55,679 nt of DNA from Chiloscyllium plagiosum. Taxonomy: Eukaryota. The stretch's first letter is position 1, and every line of letters starts with the position of its first letter. Under the pieces are notes generated by a model that saw only the letters and a list, made by a program, of their open reading frames with translations, did not search any database and was not told where the DNA came from. The translations under genes were made by a program, and so were the position numbers. Location of the stretch: contig NC_057743.1 of assembly GCF_004010195.1 (NCBI RefSeq), positions 13,974,422 to 14,030,100 on the forward strand, in the 5' to 3' direction. This document shows, piece by piece, positions 12,976-25,235 of the stretch.

Positions 12976-13389
12976 TCTTGTCCTGTGTGAATAGACATTA
13001 TTCCCTGGGGAGGTTCTCAGTGGATCTATTCCTGACTGAAGCACTTAGATGCGTCCTTTCCAGCAAAAGTCTCAGAGAGCTATCTGGAATGGGAACCCTC
13101 AAAGATTGTCTACGTCTTTCCCCCCCCCCCAGGACTCTCTAGCGTGAAGAGCACTCAGACCAAGCCCAGTGCAAAACGGAGATCAAACTCATGATCTTTC
13201 TAACCTGGGGGTTTCAATATCACACCCTGCTGTGTTTCCATGGTGAACTGCGCACCAATACATTGACAAACAACACCCATTAATCTCATAATTAAATATT
13301 TCCAAATGATGGCTCGAGACTTTATGGTGCTCATCTCTGAATCAGTTGTGGTTTCAAATCCCACTCGAAAGTCCAGCGATCAAAATCTT

Positions 13390-15700
13390 GGGGAGCTGAT
13401 GGCGTAGTGATATTGTTGCTGGACTAAAAGTTCAGAGATACATATAACACTCAAGGGACACGGATTCAAATCCACCTTTTTTAAAAAAGTGGACTTTGAT
13501 GTCGAATGATGACCATGGAACCACTGCTATGAAAACTCTGATCTAGTTAATGAATTCCCTTTAAGGAAGGTAAATTCCATCCTTACCTAGTCAGAGGCAC
13601 AGCAAGCCCTTAACACAAAACTGCCCTCTGAAACAGCTGAGCAAGCCATTCCATTTTATCAAACTTTTTAACAGCCTCAAAATAGAAAAGAAAACTGAGC
13701 AGACTGCCTGGCATTGACTTAGGCACTGGAAACAACAACAGCAAACACTGCTCTCTCGACCCTGCAAAGTCCTCCTTACAGGGGGAATGAGTCCCTCTGG
13801 GGCTCATTCCAAAATGGAGAGAGCTATCTCACAGACTGGTCAAACAACAGCCTGAGATAGTCACCCTCCTGCAATCATACTTCACAGGTAATATTCCATC
13901 CCCGGCTTTGTAATTTCCCAGCCACAGACAGAGAGCAGCAGAGGTAGCCCCACTGGGGCTACAAAGTGAGGAGAGAGTCGGTCTGGGAGTCTTCAATGCT
14001 GCCTCTGAACCGCATGGAGGCTCATCACACCAGGCCAAAGAGGGACAAGGAGACCTCCTGTTGATTACCATGTACAGCTACAAGGAAGCACAGAATTGAA
14101 AAAAGTGCAAGATAATCCCTGGGTGGGTGCTGAGAGTGAATGCCCTCAACATTATGCCAGCATTTGGCAAAAGATTGCATCAGGGAGCACGAGCAAAGCT
14201 AGTGCCAGTGGAATGAGGGGAGAATTCTCCACCAGTCAGAGTCATACCTGGCAGGTAGGAAGATGATTGTGGTTGTTGGAGGTCAGTCATCTCAGCTCCA
14301 GGACGTCTCTGTAGGAGTTCCTCAGGATAGTGTCCTCGGCCCAACCATCTTCAGCTGCCTCAACCATGATCTTCCCTCCATCGTAATGTCAGAGGTGGTC
14401 ATTTTCACTAATGACTGCACAAGGTTCACCACCGACTGCAACTCCTTAGATACTGAAGCAGTCAATGCTCAAATGCAGAAAGACCCAGACAATATCCAGG
14501 TTTGCGCTGAAAAGTGCGAGTGATATCCCTATCACGCAAATGCCAGGCAATGGCTATCGCCAACAAGAAACAATCTAATCATCACCTGTTGACATTCAGT
14601 GACATTATATTGGTTTAGATTCCCTACAGCATGGAAACAGGCCCTTCGGCCCAACAAGTCTACACCGACCCTTTGAAGAGTAACCCACCCAGACCTATTC
14701 TCCTACATTTACCCCTGACTAATACACTTAACACTATGGTCAATTTAGCATGACCAGTTCACCTGACCTGCACATCTTTGGACTGTGGGAGAAAACCGGA
14801 GCACCCGGGGGGAACACACGCAGACATGGGGAGAATGTGCAAGTTCCACACAGATAGTCGCTCAAAGTGGAAATCAAACCTGGGTCCCTGGCTCTGTGAG
14901 GCAGCAGTGCTAACCACTGAGCCACCATCCTGAAGAAGGGCTTATACCCGAAATGTCGATTCTCCTGCTCCTTTGATGCTGCCTGACCTGCTGCGCTTTT
15001 CCAGCAAAACATTTTTCAGCTCTGATCTCCAGCATCTGCAGTCCTCACTTTCTTCTACTGAGCCACCATTACCAACACTGAATCCCACCCTTGTCCCCGT
15101 CTACATCCTGGGGGTTAGCATTGACCAGAATATGAACTGCATCAGCCATATGAATACTCTGGCTTCAAGAACTGGTCAAAAGCTGGGATTCCTGCAATGA
15201 GTAACTCACCTCCTGACACCCCAGAGTCCATTCATCATCGACAAGGCACAAGTCAGGAATACTGTCCAGTTGCCTGGATGGGTGCAGCCCCAACAACACT
15301 CGAGATGCTTGACACCATCTCAATGCAGCCCATTTGATTTATACCACATCTACAAGCAACCAGTCCCTCCACTGCTGATGCTCAGTAGCAGCAGAGTGTA
15401 CTATCTACAAAGTGCACTGCAGAAATTCGTCAAGGCTCCTCAGCTAATCCACAACCTTTACCATCTCGAAGGTCAAGCGACAGTAGATACATGGGAACAC
15501 CATCACCCGCAAGCTCCTGTCTGAGCCACTCACCACCCTGACTTGGAAATATATCGCAGTCCCATCACCGTCACCGGGTCAAAGTCCTGGAACTCCCTCC
15601 CTAACCAAATAGACTCCAGTGATTCAAGAGGGCCGCTCACCACTACCTTCTCTCCAGGCAACGTGGGATGGGTAATAAATGCTAGCCCAGCCAATGGCCT
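13390..15700 (+). mobile_element. Degenerate second-family CR1-group LINE with nested SINE (about 14610-14928, minus) and hammerhead fragment (14929-15056)
   Basis: ORF 14263..14523 VGVPQDSVLGPTIFSCLNHDLPSI...IFTNDC is a decayed RT (GVPQGSVLGP, FADD); GSKSWNSLP near the 3' end. Confidence 0.75.
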
Positions 15701-16809
15701 CCAATTCAGGAGCAGGGAAATGTAGGCCAGCGCTGCAGGGGGAGGGCTGCACTATTGCAACTGCTCTCTTTTGGGCAAGAAGATTTTCCAAGGTCCTGTG
15801 CCCTCTCAGTGGTTGGCAGAGATTGTATGGCATTCCTCTGAAGAAGGACCACGGGGCTGTCCCTATTTTCTTGGCAATATTCCCCCAGCTAGAGACTTCA
15901 CTAAGACTGAAAAGAGCCCAAGGTAATGCCTGGGTGAAAGCTGAGAGTGACTGCCCTCAACATTATGACAGCATTTGACAGAAGATTGCATCAGGGAGCA
16001 CAATAAACCATCGAGTTGTAATATTGTTGCTGTTTGTGGGATCATGCTGTGCACACATTGGCTGCTGCGTTTCCTGACGACATTGGCCATGCTCAATTGC
16101 CCAGTGGTGCCCAGTGTCGTGCAGGGTGGGTGGGTGAGCCACGGGAAATACGGGGTGACGGATGGGGGTGGGTGGGGACGGGATGCTCTTGGGAGGGTCG
16201 GGTGCCGACTCGATGGGCCGAACGGCCTCTGTCTGCATGGCCGGGGATTCCACGATTCGAAAGATTGCACTTCCGAACCTCCTTCTGTGGGGTGATCAAA
16301 TGGCGTGTGCTGGGTGCTATATAAATTCAAGTGCTTGTATTATTTACCACTTCAGTTAACGAAGTGACACAGATGTTTTGTACAGTATGCAGCATGCTCT
16401 CTGTCTGCACACGTCAGCTTGGGTTGAATTGCCTGCGTTCGGGGCTGATCTATTTGTTCTGTTGCTCTTGTGAGCTTTAGAACACGTGTGTCTGTGACAT
16501 AAAAGACAAAGTTATACAGGAGGGTGCCTATCGCTGCCCTGATCACAGCCCCCAGCGATTTCCCAGCTTCGGGGTATCCCCGCAATGGATACAATTTTCA
16601 CAGCTGGCTTTCTGTGAGGGCCCCCTCACTGACAAGGCGTTCAGACTCATGGTCACAGAGCGGAGAGAGCTGAGAGCTGCTGCTTTGTTCTAGGAGCTGT
16701 GAGGACAGCTTCTGTCGGAGGGCAGGCAAGGACCTTTAGACTGAAGCAGCAGTTTGTAATCAGAGTGGGGCAGGATTGGCAGCACAGAGAGTCAGGACTG
16801 ACAGCAACC

Positions 16810-16855
16810 ATGAACCAGGCTAAACCTGAAGACAACACGGGAAACAGCTCGGCTG
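16810..16855 (+). CDS. C1orf50: C1orf50 homologue, probable first coding exon
   Basis: gcaaccATG context; MNQAKPEDNTGNSSA + G|gtaaga, phase 1, which joins exon 2 in frame (G+TG = Val). The N-terminus is poorly conserved, so the call rests on frame and splice signals. Confidence 0.7.
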
Positions 16856-17061
16856 GTAAGAGAGAAGCCTCAATGATGGATATCGAGTGTCAGGGGATAT
16901 ATATATATATATATGCGAAGTGGTGTCAATCTGAAGCTAGCTGAGACTGCAACGGTTCTGACAAAACGATAGCACAGCAGAATGGCCAACAACCGCGGTA
17001 TTCACTTCAAATCTACTTATTTAAGTCCTGCTCCACTTGGAGAGGGTCCAAGGGCAGATAA

Positions 17062-19348
17062 CACACAGACAGCGCCAACACTCCCCGTGTTCACACACAG
17101 ACCATTAACACTCCCTGTGTTCACACACAGACCACTAACACTCCCTGTGTTCACACACACATGATGTGGAGGAGACTGGGGGTGGGCAACGTTAAAAATT
17201 ACACAACACCAGGTTATAGTCCAACAGGTTTACTTGGAAGAACTAACTTTCAGAGTACTGTTTCCTTCATTAGGTGGTAGTTTTATGACCAGGATCATAA
17301 GACAAGAGAATTTAAAGCAAAACATTAGTGTCATGCAACTGAAGTGATATATTGAACAAACCTAGATTGCTGTTAAGTCTTTCATCTTTTAGAATTGCAG
17401 GTTTTGGTTCATTCATATGTAAATCCCAGAACTTCTTTTAAGTCACATTCTTGAGATAACTTAAGGTTTTATTAAAAAAAAAGTGACATCTCAGCTCAGA
17501 AAATGCATTAAAGGTGTGAGGTTAGAGTCTGTCTGTATCCCAATCTTGAGTCAGACCGGTTCTATTCCAAGATGGAATTTTAAAAATATTACATGGATTG
17601 ACTGCCTGCAGGTTGTGCATTTTTGAGCAAAATAGAATGTACCTGCAAATATAGTTCTGCAAATGTAAATTTACTCCATAGACTTATATCTGTGTGCACG
17701 TACATGAGAGAGTGTGTGAGTGTGAGTGCGTGTGAGAGAGTGTGTTTGCATGTGTGTGTGTTTGGTAAAGTGTGTGCATGCTTGGCATGAGATAGGTTCT
17801 TTGTGAGTATGTGTATGTGACAGAGTGTATAGTGTAGTGTGACATGAACCCAAGGTCCCGGGTGAGACCATCCCCACGTGTACAGAACTTGGCTGTCAGC
17901 CTCTGCTCAACCACTCTGCGTTGCTGAGCATCTCAAAGTCTGCCTTGGAGGATGGTCATCCGAAGATCCGATGCCGAATGTCCCTGACCGCTGAAATGTT
18001 CCCCGACTGGGAGGGAACACTCCTGTCTGCCACAGAGTGGCTGAGCAGAGGCTGATAGCCAAGTTTGGTACCTATGAGGATGGCCTCAACTGGGACTTTG
18101 GATTCATGTCACATGACAGGTGATCCCACTGCACTACACACACACAATCTCACAGGCTTGTTCTCCATCACACTCACACACACACTTTACCAAGCTTGCA
18201 CACATCCATACACACAATCTGTCATATGCACTGATACTCATACGCACATACTCACTCTCTGTCTTTCTCTGTCTCTCTCTCGTGCACGCGCACACACGTA
18301 TAAGTCTATGGGGTGAATTTGTATTTGCAGAGCTATATTTGCAGACACATTCTATTTTGCTCAAAAATGCACAACCTGCAGGCAGTCAATCCATGTAATA
18401 TTTTGTAAGTCCCACTTTGAAAATAGAACCAGTCTGACTCAAGATTGGGATACAGATAGACTCTAGCCTCACACCTTTAATGCATTGTCTGAGCTGCAAT
18501 ACCACCTTTTCTATTTGAAACCTTAAGTTATCTCGAGAATGTGAGTTAAAAGAAGTTCTGGGATTTACATATGAATGAATCAAAACCTACAACCCATTCT
18601 AAAAGATGAAAGACTTAACAGCAATCTAGGTTTGTTCAATATATCATTTCAGTTGCGTGACACTAATGTTTTGCTATGAATTCTTATGGTCCTGCTCCAC
18701 AACTACCTGATGAAGGAGCAGCACTCTGAAAGCTAGTGCTTTCAAATAACCCTGTCAGACTATGGTGTTGTGATTTTTAACCACACACACACAACACTAA
18801 CACTCCCCGTGTTCGCTCGTACAGATAGCGTTAACACTCCCCATGTTCACACACACACACCGCTAACAGTCCCCATGTTCACACACAGACAGCGCTAACA
18901 GTCCCCGTGTTCACACACACAGTGCTAACACTCACACAGTGCTAACACTCCGTGTGCTCACACACACAGACAGCGCTAACACTCCCCATGTTCACACACA
19001 GGCATTGCTAACAGTCCGTGTTCACACATACAGACATCGCTAACAGTCCATGTTCACACACAGACATCGCTAACAGTCACCGTGCTCTAACACTCCCTGT
19101 ATTCACACACACCCAGCACTAATGCTCCCCATGTTCACACACAGACATTGCTAACACTTCCCATGTTCACACACACACAGCACTAACACTCCCTGTGTTC
19201 ACACACACAGTGTGAACATTCCCTATGTTCACACACACAGACAGAGCTAACGCTCCCCATGTTAGCGCTAACACTCCTTGTGTTCACACACAGTGTTAAC
19301 ACTCCCCGTGTTCACACACACAGACAGCACTAACACTCCCCGTGTTCA
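17062..19348 (+). repeat. Minisatellite (about 26-30 bp unit, cagcgctaacactccccgtgttcacacaca), split by an insertion at about 17162-18781
   Basis: About 3 units at 17062-17160 and about 20 diverged units at 18782-19348. Confidence 0.9.
17162..18781. mobile_element. Penelope-like element, two 3' ends in inverted orientation
   Basis: Arms 17191-17918 and 18033-18781 are reverse complements. The minus-strand centre reads SLPVGEHFSGQGHSASDLRMTILQ...RRVVEQRLTAKFCT..DGLTRD (GIY-YIG C-terminus). Hammerhead motif at 18707. Confidence 0.8.
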
Positions 19349-19973
19349 TTTTGTCCATTAAGAACTCCACACCAGTTCATTTAATGTTTAGTTTCTCACT
19401 TCCTGTGTCAGCTGCGATGTTGAAATGGCCCCTAGGGCTCTGACTGCCTTTTGCCCACAATTTCCATTCTTCAAGACTTTTCCATCTTCTTTTGTGGGAT
19501 ATGAGCATCACTGGCAAGGTCAGCATTTGTTGTCTATCCCTAATTGTCTGTAAGGAAGTGATATTGAGCCACCTTCCTGAACCTCTGGAGTTTGTTCTGT
19601 TGGTACAGTTGCGTTCAGAGGGCAGTTAAGAGTCAACAACAAAAACTTCCAGCTCGGCGAACAGAACCACAACAACGAGCACCCGAGCTACAAATTTTCG
19701 CACAAACTGTCAACTACACTGCTGTGGGTGTAGGCCATGTGTAGGCCAGATTAGGGAAGGGCACCAGATTTCCTTCCCTCAAGTACATGAGTGAACCGTG
19801 CGGGATTTTATGCAATAGGTTAATGAAGACTGTTCCTGAGACTAGTTTTCAATTCCATCCCAATCCATGTGACCAGAAAAAAGGCTAATGATGTTCAAAT
19901 ATGGGTTGGGGTCAAAGGTCAGAGGTGACACCCAGCTGGTTTTGGATTTCCCGCCCTGTGGCTTTGGGGCTAA

Positions 19974-20366
<393 letters not shown>

Positions 20367-20459
20367 TAGCAGGCCTGCACCAGAATAGCGTTGTGGAGGG
20401 GTTTGACCCTTCACCTATATGCATAGACCCAAAGAATGCAGGAAGGATGAGCAACCATG

Positions 20460-21290
20460 TCATGGAATGAGCTGCCAGAGGAAGTGGTGGAGGCTGGAAC
20501 AATTGCAACATTTAAGAGGCATTTGGATGGGTATATGAATAGGAAGGATTTGGAGGGATATGGGCCGGGTGCTGGCAGGTGGGACTAGATTGGGTTGGGA
20601 TATCTGGTCGGCATGGACGGGTTGGACCGAAGGGTCTGTTTCCATGCTGTACATCTTTGAGTCCATTGAAATGGAGTGTGACAATAGACAATAGGTGCAG
20701 GAATAGGCCATTCCGGCCTTTGAGCCTGCACCACCATTCATTATGATCATGGCTGATCATCCTCAATCAGTATCCTGTTCCTGCCTTACCCCATAACCCT
20801 TGATTCCACTATCCTTGAGAGCTCTATCCAACTCTTTCTTAAACGAATCCAGAGACTAGGCCTCCACTGCCTTCTGGGGCAGAGCATTCCACACACCAAC
20901 CACTCTCTGGGTGAAGAATTTCTCCTCATCTCTGTCCTAAATGGCCTACCCCTTATTTTTAAGCTGTGTCCTCTGGTTCGGGACTCACCCATCAGCGGAA
21001 ACATGTTTCTTGCCTCAAGAGTGTCCAATCCTTTAATAATCTTATATGTCTCAATCCGATCCCTTCTCAGTCTTCTAAACTCAAGGGTATACAAACCCAG
21101 TCACTCCAATCTTTCAACATAAGACAGTCCCGCCATTCCAGGAATTGACCTCGTGAACCTACGCTGCACTCCCTTAATAGCCAGAATGTCTTTCCTCAAG
21201 TTTGGAGACCAGAACCGCACACAATATTCCAGGTACGGTCTCACCAGGGCCCTGTGCAGCTGCAGAAGAACCTCTTTGCTTCTTGTTATG
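20460..21290. mobile_element. Two CR1 3' ends tail-to-tail (about 20460-20660 plus, 20685-21290 minus)
   Basis: Minus ORF LEFRRLRRDRIETYKIIKGLD...ESRTRGHSLKI; plus-strand tggaatgagctgccagaggaagtggtgg 3' end. Confidence 0.85.
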
Positions 21291-21829
21291 AAGGCCAGAA
21301 TGTGGTGGTGATAAATGACGCTATAGACAGGGGGTTAGAACCTGTTCTCTATAATTGCAACCAAAGACTCTGCAGGATTGTGCCAATGGAAGGTACCTCC
21401 TCATGGTGGAAGATGCATTTGCAGGGGGGAGGAGAAGGATTGCAACTGTCGTGGTCCACGTGAGAACTAAAAGCAGAGGCAGAACCAAAAATGAGGTTCT
21501 GCAGAAGGAGTTTGAGGACCCTGGTTCTGAATTAATAAACAGAAGCTCATGCATAATGAGTTTCAACGGGTTGAATATATCATGACATAAGTGGAGTAAG
21601 AGAAAGGGTTTTTGATGTGTGGGGCTTGGGAATGTTGTGGTTCATGAGCAAAGCGTTGGTTTGTGACATGCTCCGGTAAAACGAAACTGGGATCAGTGCC
21701 CTAGTGATCAAATTATTTGGGCAGTGAAAGATTCAAAGGTTGGGGTTTAGAAACGTGAACAGAAAAGTCAAGGGCACTGTGCAGCGAAATGGATAAAGAC
21801 AAGCAGATTGGGATAGAGAGTTTCAGCAG

Positions 21830-24020
21830 TTTATTTTCCCTGGAGGGGAGGAGGCTGAGGGATGACTTGACAGAGGTCCAGAAAATCATGAGAGGTGTTG
21901 ATAAAGTAGATCATCAACAGCTTTTCCCCAGGGTAGGGAAGTCTGAAACTAGAGGGAATAGGTTTAAGGTGGGAGGAGTCCCAAAGAGTGCACAGAGAGT
22001 GCTGAGTGTTCGGGACGGGCAGCCAGAGGTAGTGGTGGAGGCGAGTACAATTTTGTCATTTAAGTAACATTTGGACAGTTACATGAATGGAATAGGTATG
22101 GAGGGATATGGACCAAACACAGGGAAATGGGACTAGTTTAATTATGAGAACTGGGTGGTAGGGACAAGTAGAGCCAAAGGGCCTGTTTCCATGCTGTAAA
22201 CATGTATGACTCTCTGATTCTATTTACTAGGCTGATTCCTGGGATGAATAGGTTTAACTTATCAAGAATGGATAAACAGGACAGGCCTGTACAGAGTTAT
22301 AGAGATGTACAGCACGGAAGCAGACCCTTCGGTCCAACTTGTCCATGCCGACCAGATATCCCAACCCAACATAGTCCCATTTGCCAGAGCTTGGTCCATA
22401 TCCCTCCAAACTCTTTCTATTCATATACCCATGCAGATGCCTTTTAAATGTTGTAATTGTACTAGCCTCTGGCAGCTCATTCCCTACACATACCACCCTC
22501 TGCGTGAAAACTTTGCCCCTTAGGTTTCTTTTATATCTGTCCCCTCTCACCCTAAACCTATGCCCTCTAGTTCTGGGCTCCTCGACTCCAGGGAAAAGAC
22601 TTTGTCTATTTACCTATCCATGCCCCTCATGATTTCATAAACCTGTATAAGGTCACCCTTCAGCCTCCGACCCTCCAGGGAAAACAGCCCAGTCTATTCA
22701 ACCTCTCCCTATAGCTCAAATCCTCCAACACTGGCAACATCCTTGTAAATTTTTTCTGAACCCTTTCAAGTTTCACAACATCCTTCTGATAGGAAGGAGA
22801 CCAGAATTGCAAGCAATATTCCAACAGCGGCCTACAGCTGCAACATAACCTCCTAACTCCGATACTCTGTACTCTGACCAATAAAGGAAAGCATACCAAA
22901 CGCCTTCTTCGCTGTCCTAGCTACTTTCAAGGAACTATGAACCTGCACTCCAAGGTCTCTTTGTTCAGCAACACTCCCTAGGACCTTACCATTAAGTGTA
23001 TAAGTCTTGCTAAGATTTGCTTTCCTAAAATGCAGCACCTCACATTTATCTAAATTAAACTCCAACTTCTCAGCCCATTGGCCCACCTGGTCGAGATCCT
23101 GTTGTAATCTGAGGTAACCTTCTTTGCTATCCACTGCACCTCCAATTTTGGTGTCATCTGCAAACTTACTAACTATACCTCCTATGTTAACATCCAAATC
23201 ATTTGTATGAATGATAAAAAAGTAGAGGACCCAGCACTGATCCTTGTGGCAGTTCACTGGTCACAGACCTCCAGTCTGAAAAACAACCCTCCACCACCAC
23301 CCTCTGTCTTCTACCTTTGAGCCAGTTCTGTATCCAAATGGCTAATTCTCCCTGTATTCCATGAGATCTAACCTTGCTTACCAGTCTTCCATGGGGAACC
23401 TTGTCGAACACCTTACTGAAGCCAATGTAGATCATACCTACCACTCTGCCCTCATCAATCCTCTTTGTGACTTATTCAAAAAACTCAATCAAGTTTGTGA
23501 GACATGATTTCCCACACACAAAGCCATGTTGACTATCCCCAATCAGTCCTTGTCTTTCCAAATACATGTACATCCTGTCCCTCAGCATTCCCTCCAACAA
23601 CTTGCCCACCACCGAGGTATTTGTTAGAGTTTAGAAGAGTGAGGGGTGATCTTACTGAAACATACAAGATTCTGAGAGGGCTTGATAGGGTGGGTGTTGA
23701 AAAGGATCAATTTCAAACTAGGGGACACAGTTATGGAAAAGGGAATATTCTTTTAAAACTGAGAGGTGAAGCATTTTTGTTTATCTCCCAGAGGGCATTG
23801 AATGTCTGGAATCCTCTTCCTCCGAGATCTGTGGAGGCTAGATCACAGAAAGTATTTAAAGGTAGGTTTTTGAAGTATCAGAAAGTTAAGAACGATGAGG
23901 AACTGGTGTGGAGGAGGAGTTGAGGCCTGGGCCAGATCGGTCATGATCTTGTTAAATGATAGGGTAGGGTTTGAGGCCTAAGTGGCCTTGTCCCTGCTTC
24001 TATTTCCTTTGTTCTTATGA
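21830..24020. mobile_element. Cluster of CR1 fragments (about 21830-22215 plus, 22290-23612 minus, 23615-24020 plus)
   Basis: Minus ORFs FSKVFDKVPHGRL, PQGSVLGPLLF, SKFADDTKIGG, RDLGVQVH, KLERVQKKFTRM; plus ORFs RRLRDDLTEV and RRVRGDLTETYKI. Confidence 0.9.
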
Positions 24021-24559
24021 TCTAAGTGCTACAGATACTCAAGATAAGGGCTTGTTGAAGTTAGGGAAAGCATATCAGCCCAAATGAAGCCTTGTCTACC
24101 CAACCAAGAGCACTTGGTCAGGATAGTGGGGTATTTTCAAGTTAGCAAAACGTAACAAGTGGATTGTCAGTGGGATCATTACCGGGGCCTGAGCATCACA
24201 ATCTATATTGGTCTCCCCAACAGTGAGACCAAGAGTAATGTCTCTAACCTAGCCGAGGGAGACTGAATACAATTATCCCTGCTGCGACTCGGGATACACT
24301 CTGAAAGTAGCCATGGCTTATGACATGGTGTTATTGCCATTCTGTGCTGTGTTCTTGCTCACTGGGCCCATGAATACTCACAATCAGAGCGTAACTCTAC
24401 TTGTCACTCTGTTAACAACCCCTTTCTTATCCACTGTGGTACAGTATCTTTCTACTGCCAATCAACATAGCCCAGGGCTCAGAACTGGGGCTCCTATTGT
24501 TGAGGACACTTCATCTCAGTCCTTCATCCGTTACAATCTGACAAGCATTTTTGAGGAGA

Positions 24560-24788
24560 CTGTATTGAGAAAACAACAAGTGCTGAAGATCACAGTGGGT
24601 CACACAGCATCCATGGAGAGAGAGTAAGTTAACGTTTCAAGTCCAAACAACTTTTCATCAGAGCTCTGATGAACGGTCACCTCGACTCAAAACATTAGCT
24701 TGCTCCCTCTCCATGGATGCTGTCTAACATACTGTGATCTCCAGCATTTGTTCTTTTCAGTACAGATTCCAGCATCTGCAGTAATTTG
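24560..24788. mobile_element. Fold-back pair of Penelope-type ends joined at the hammerhead
   Basis: Centre TTCATCAGAG|CTCTGATGAA; flanks are diverged reverse complements for about 100 bp each side. Confidence 0.7.
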
Positions 24789-25021
24789 TTCCAAAGTATT
24801 TTTGAGGGTTTTGGTAATCAAGCACTTTTGCTGCAGAAAGAAAAACTCCATGGGCAAGAACATCCAATGATGGGTCCTTAAGTTAGCAAAGGAATGAGAG
24901 TGGTAATGAGGCCAGTGTTGATCTGGAGAATAACTAACCATGAGAATGTTATTTGAGGATCACAAGGCTAGAAGCTGGGCTGGCTGCAGTGAACAAAAGA
25001 TCTGCATTTATATATCGAGTA

Positions 25022-25235
25022 GGAGGCAGCTCGCTAAGTTGGCTGGATTGCTGGTTTGCACGTCAGAGGAACGCAAAGAGTGAGGGTTCAATACTCCTAC
25101 TGTCTGAAGTCCCCATGAAGACCTTACCTGCTCAGCCTTGCCTTTTCCCCTGAGACACAGTGAAACCCTCCACCAGTTGTCTCTCTTTTTCTCTGATAAG
25201 AGACCAGTGCTCCTCTGGGACAGTGGCAATTTACA
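25022..25235 (+). mobile_element. tRNA-derived SINE, further family; related copy at about 47870-48080 (minus)
   Basis: A/B-box-like head (gctaagttggctgg ... gggttcaat) and a shared body (cccctgagac..gtgaaaccctc..tctctc). Confidence 0.55.

Noticed and set aside
17062-19348. CRISPR-like look of the regularly spaced repeats
   Set aside because: Eukaryotic context, no unique spacers and no cas genes; it is a minisatellite.
24313-24627. 104-aa ORF with a hydrophobic N-terminus (MAYDMVLLPFCAVFLL)
   Set aside because: No recognisable homology, and it ends inside a repeat.
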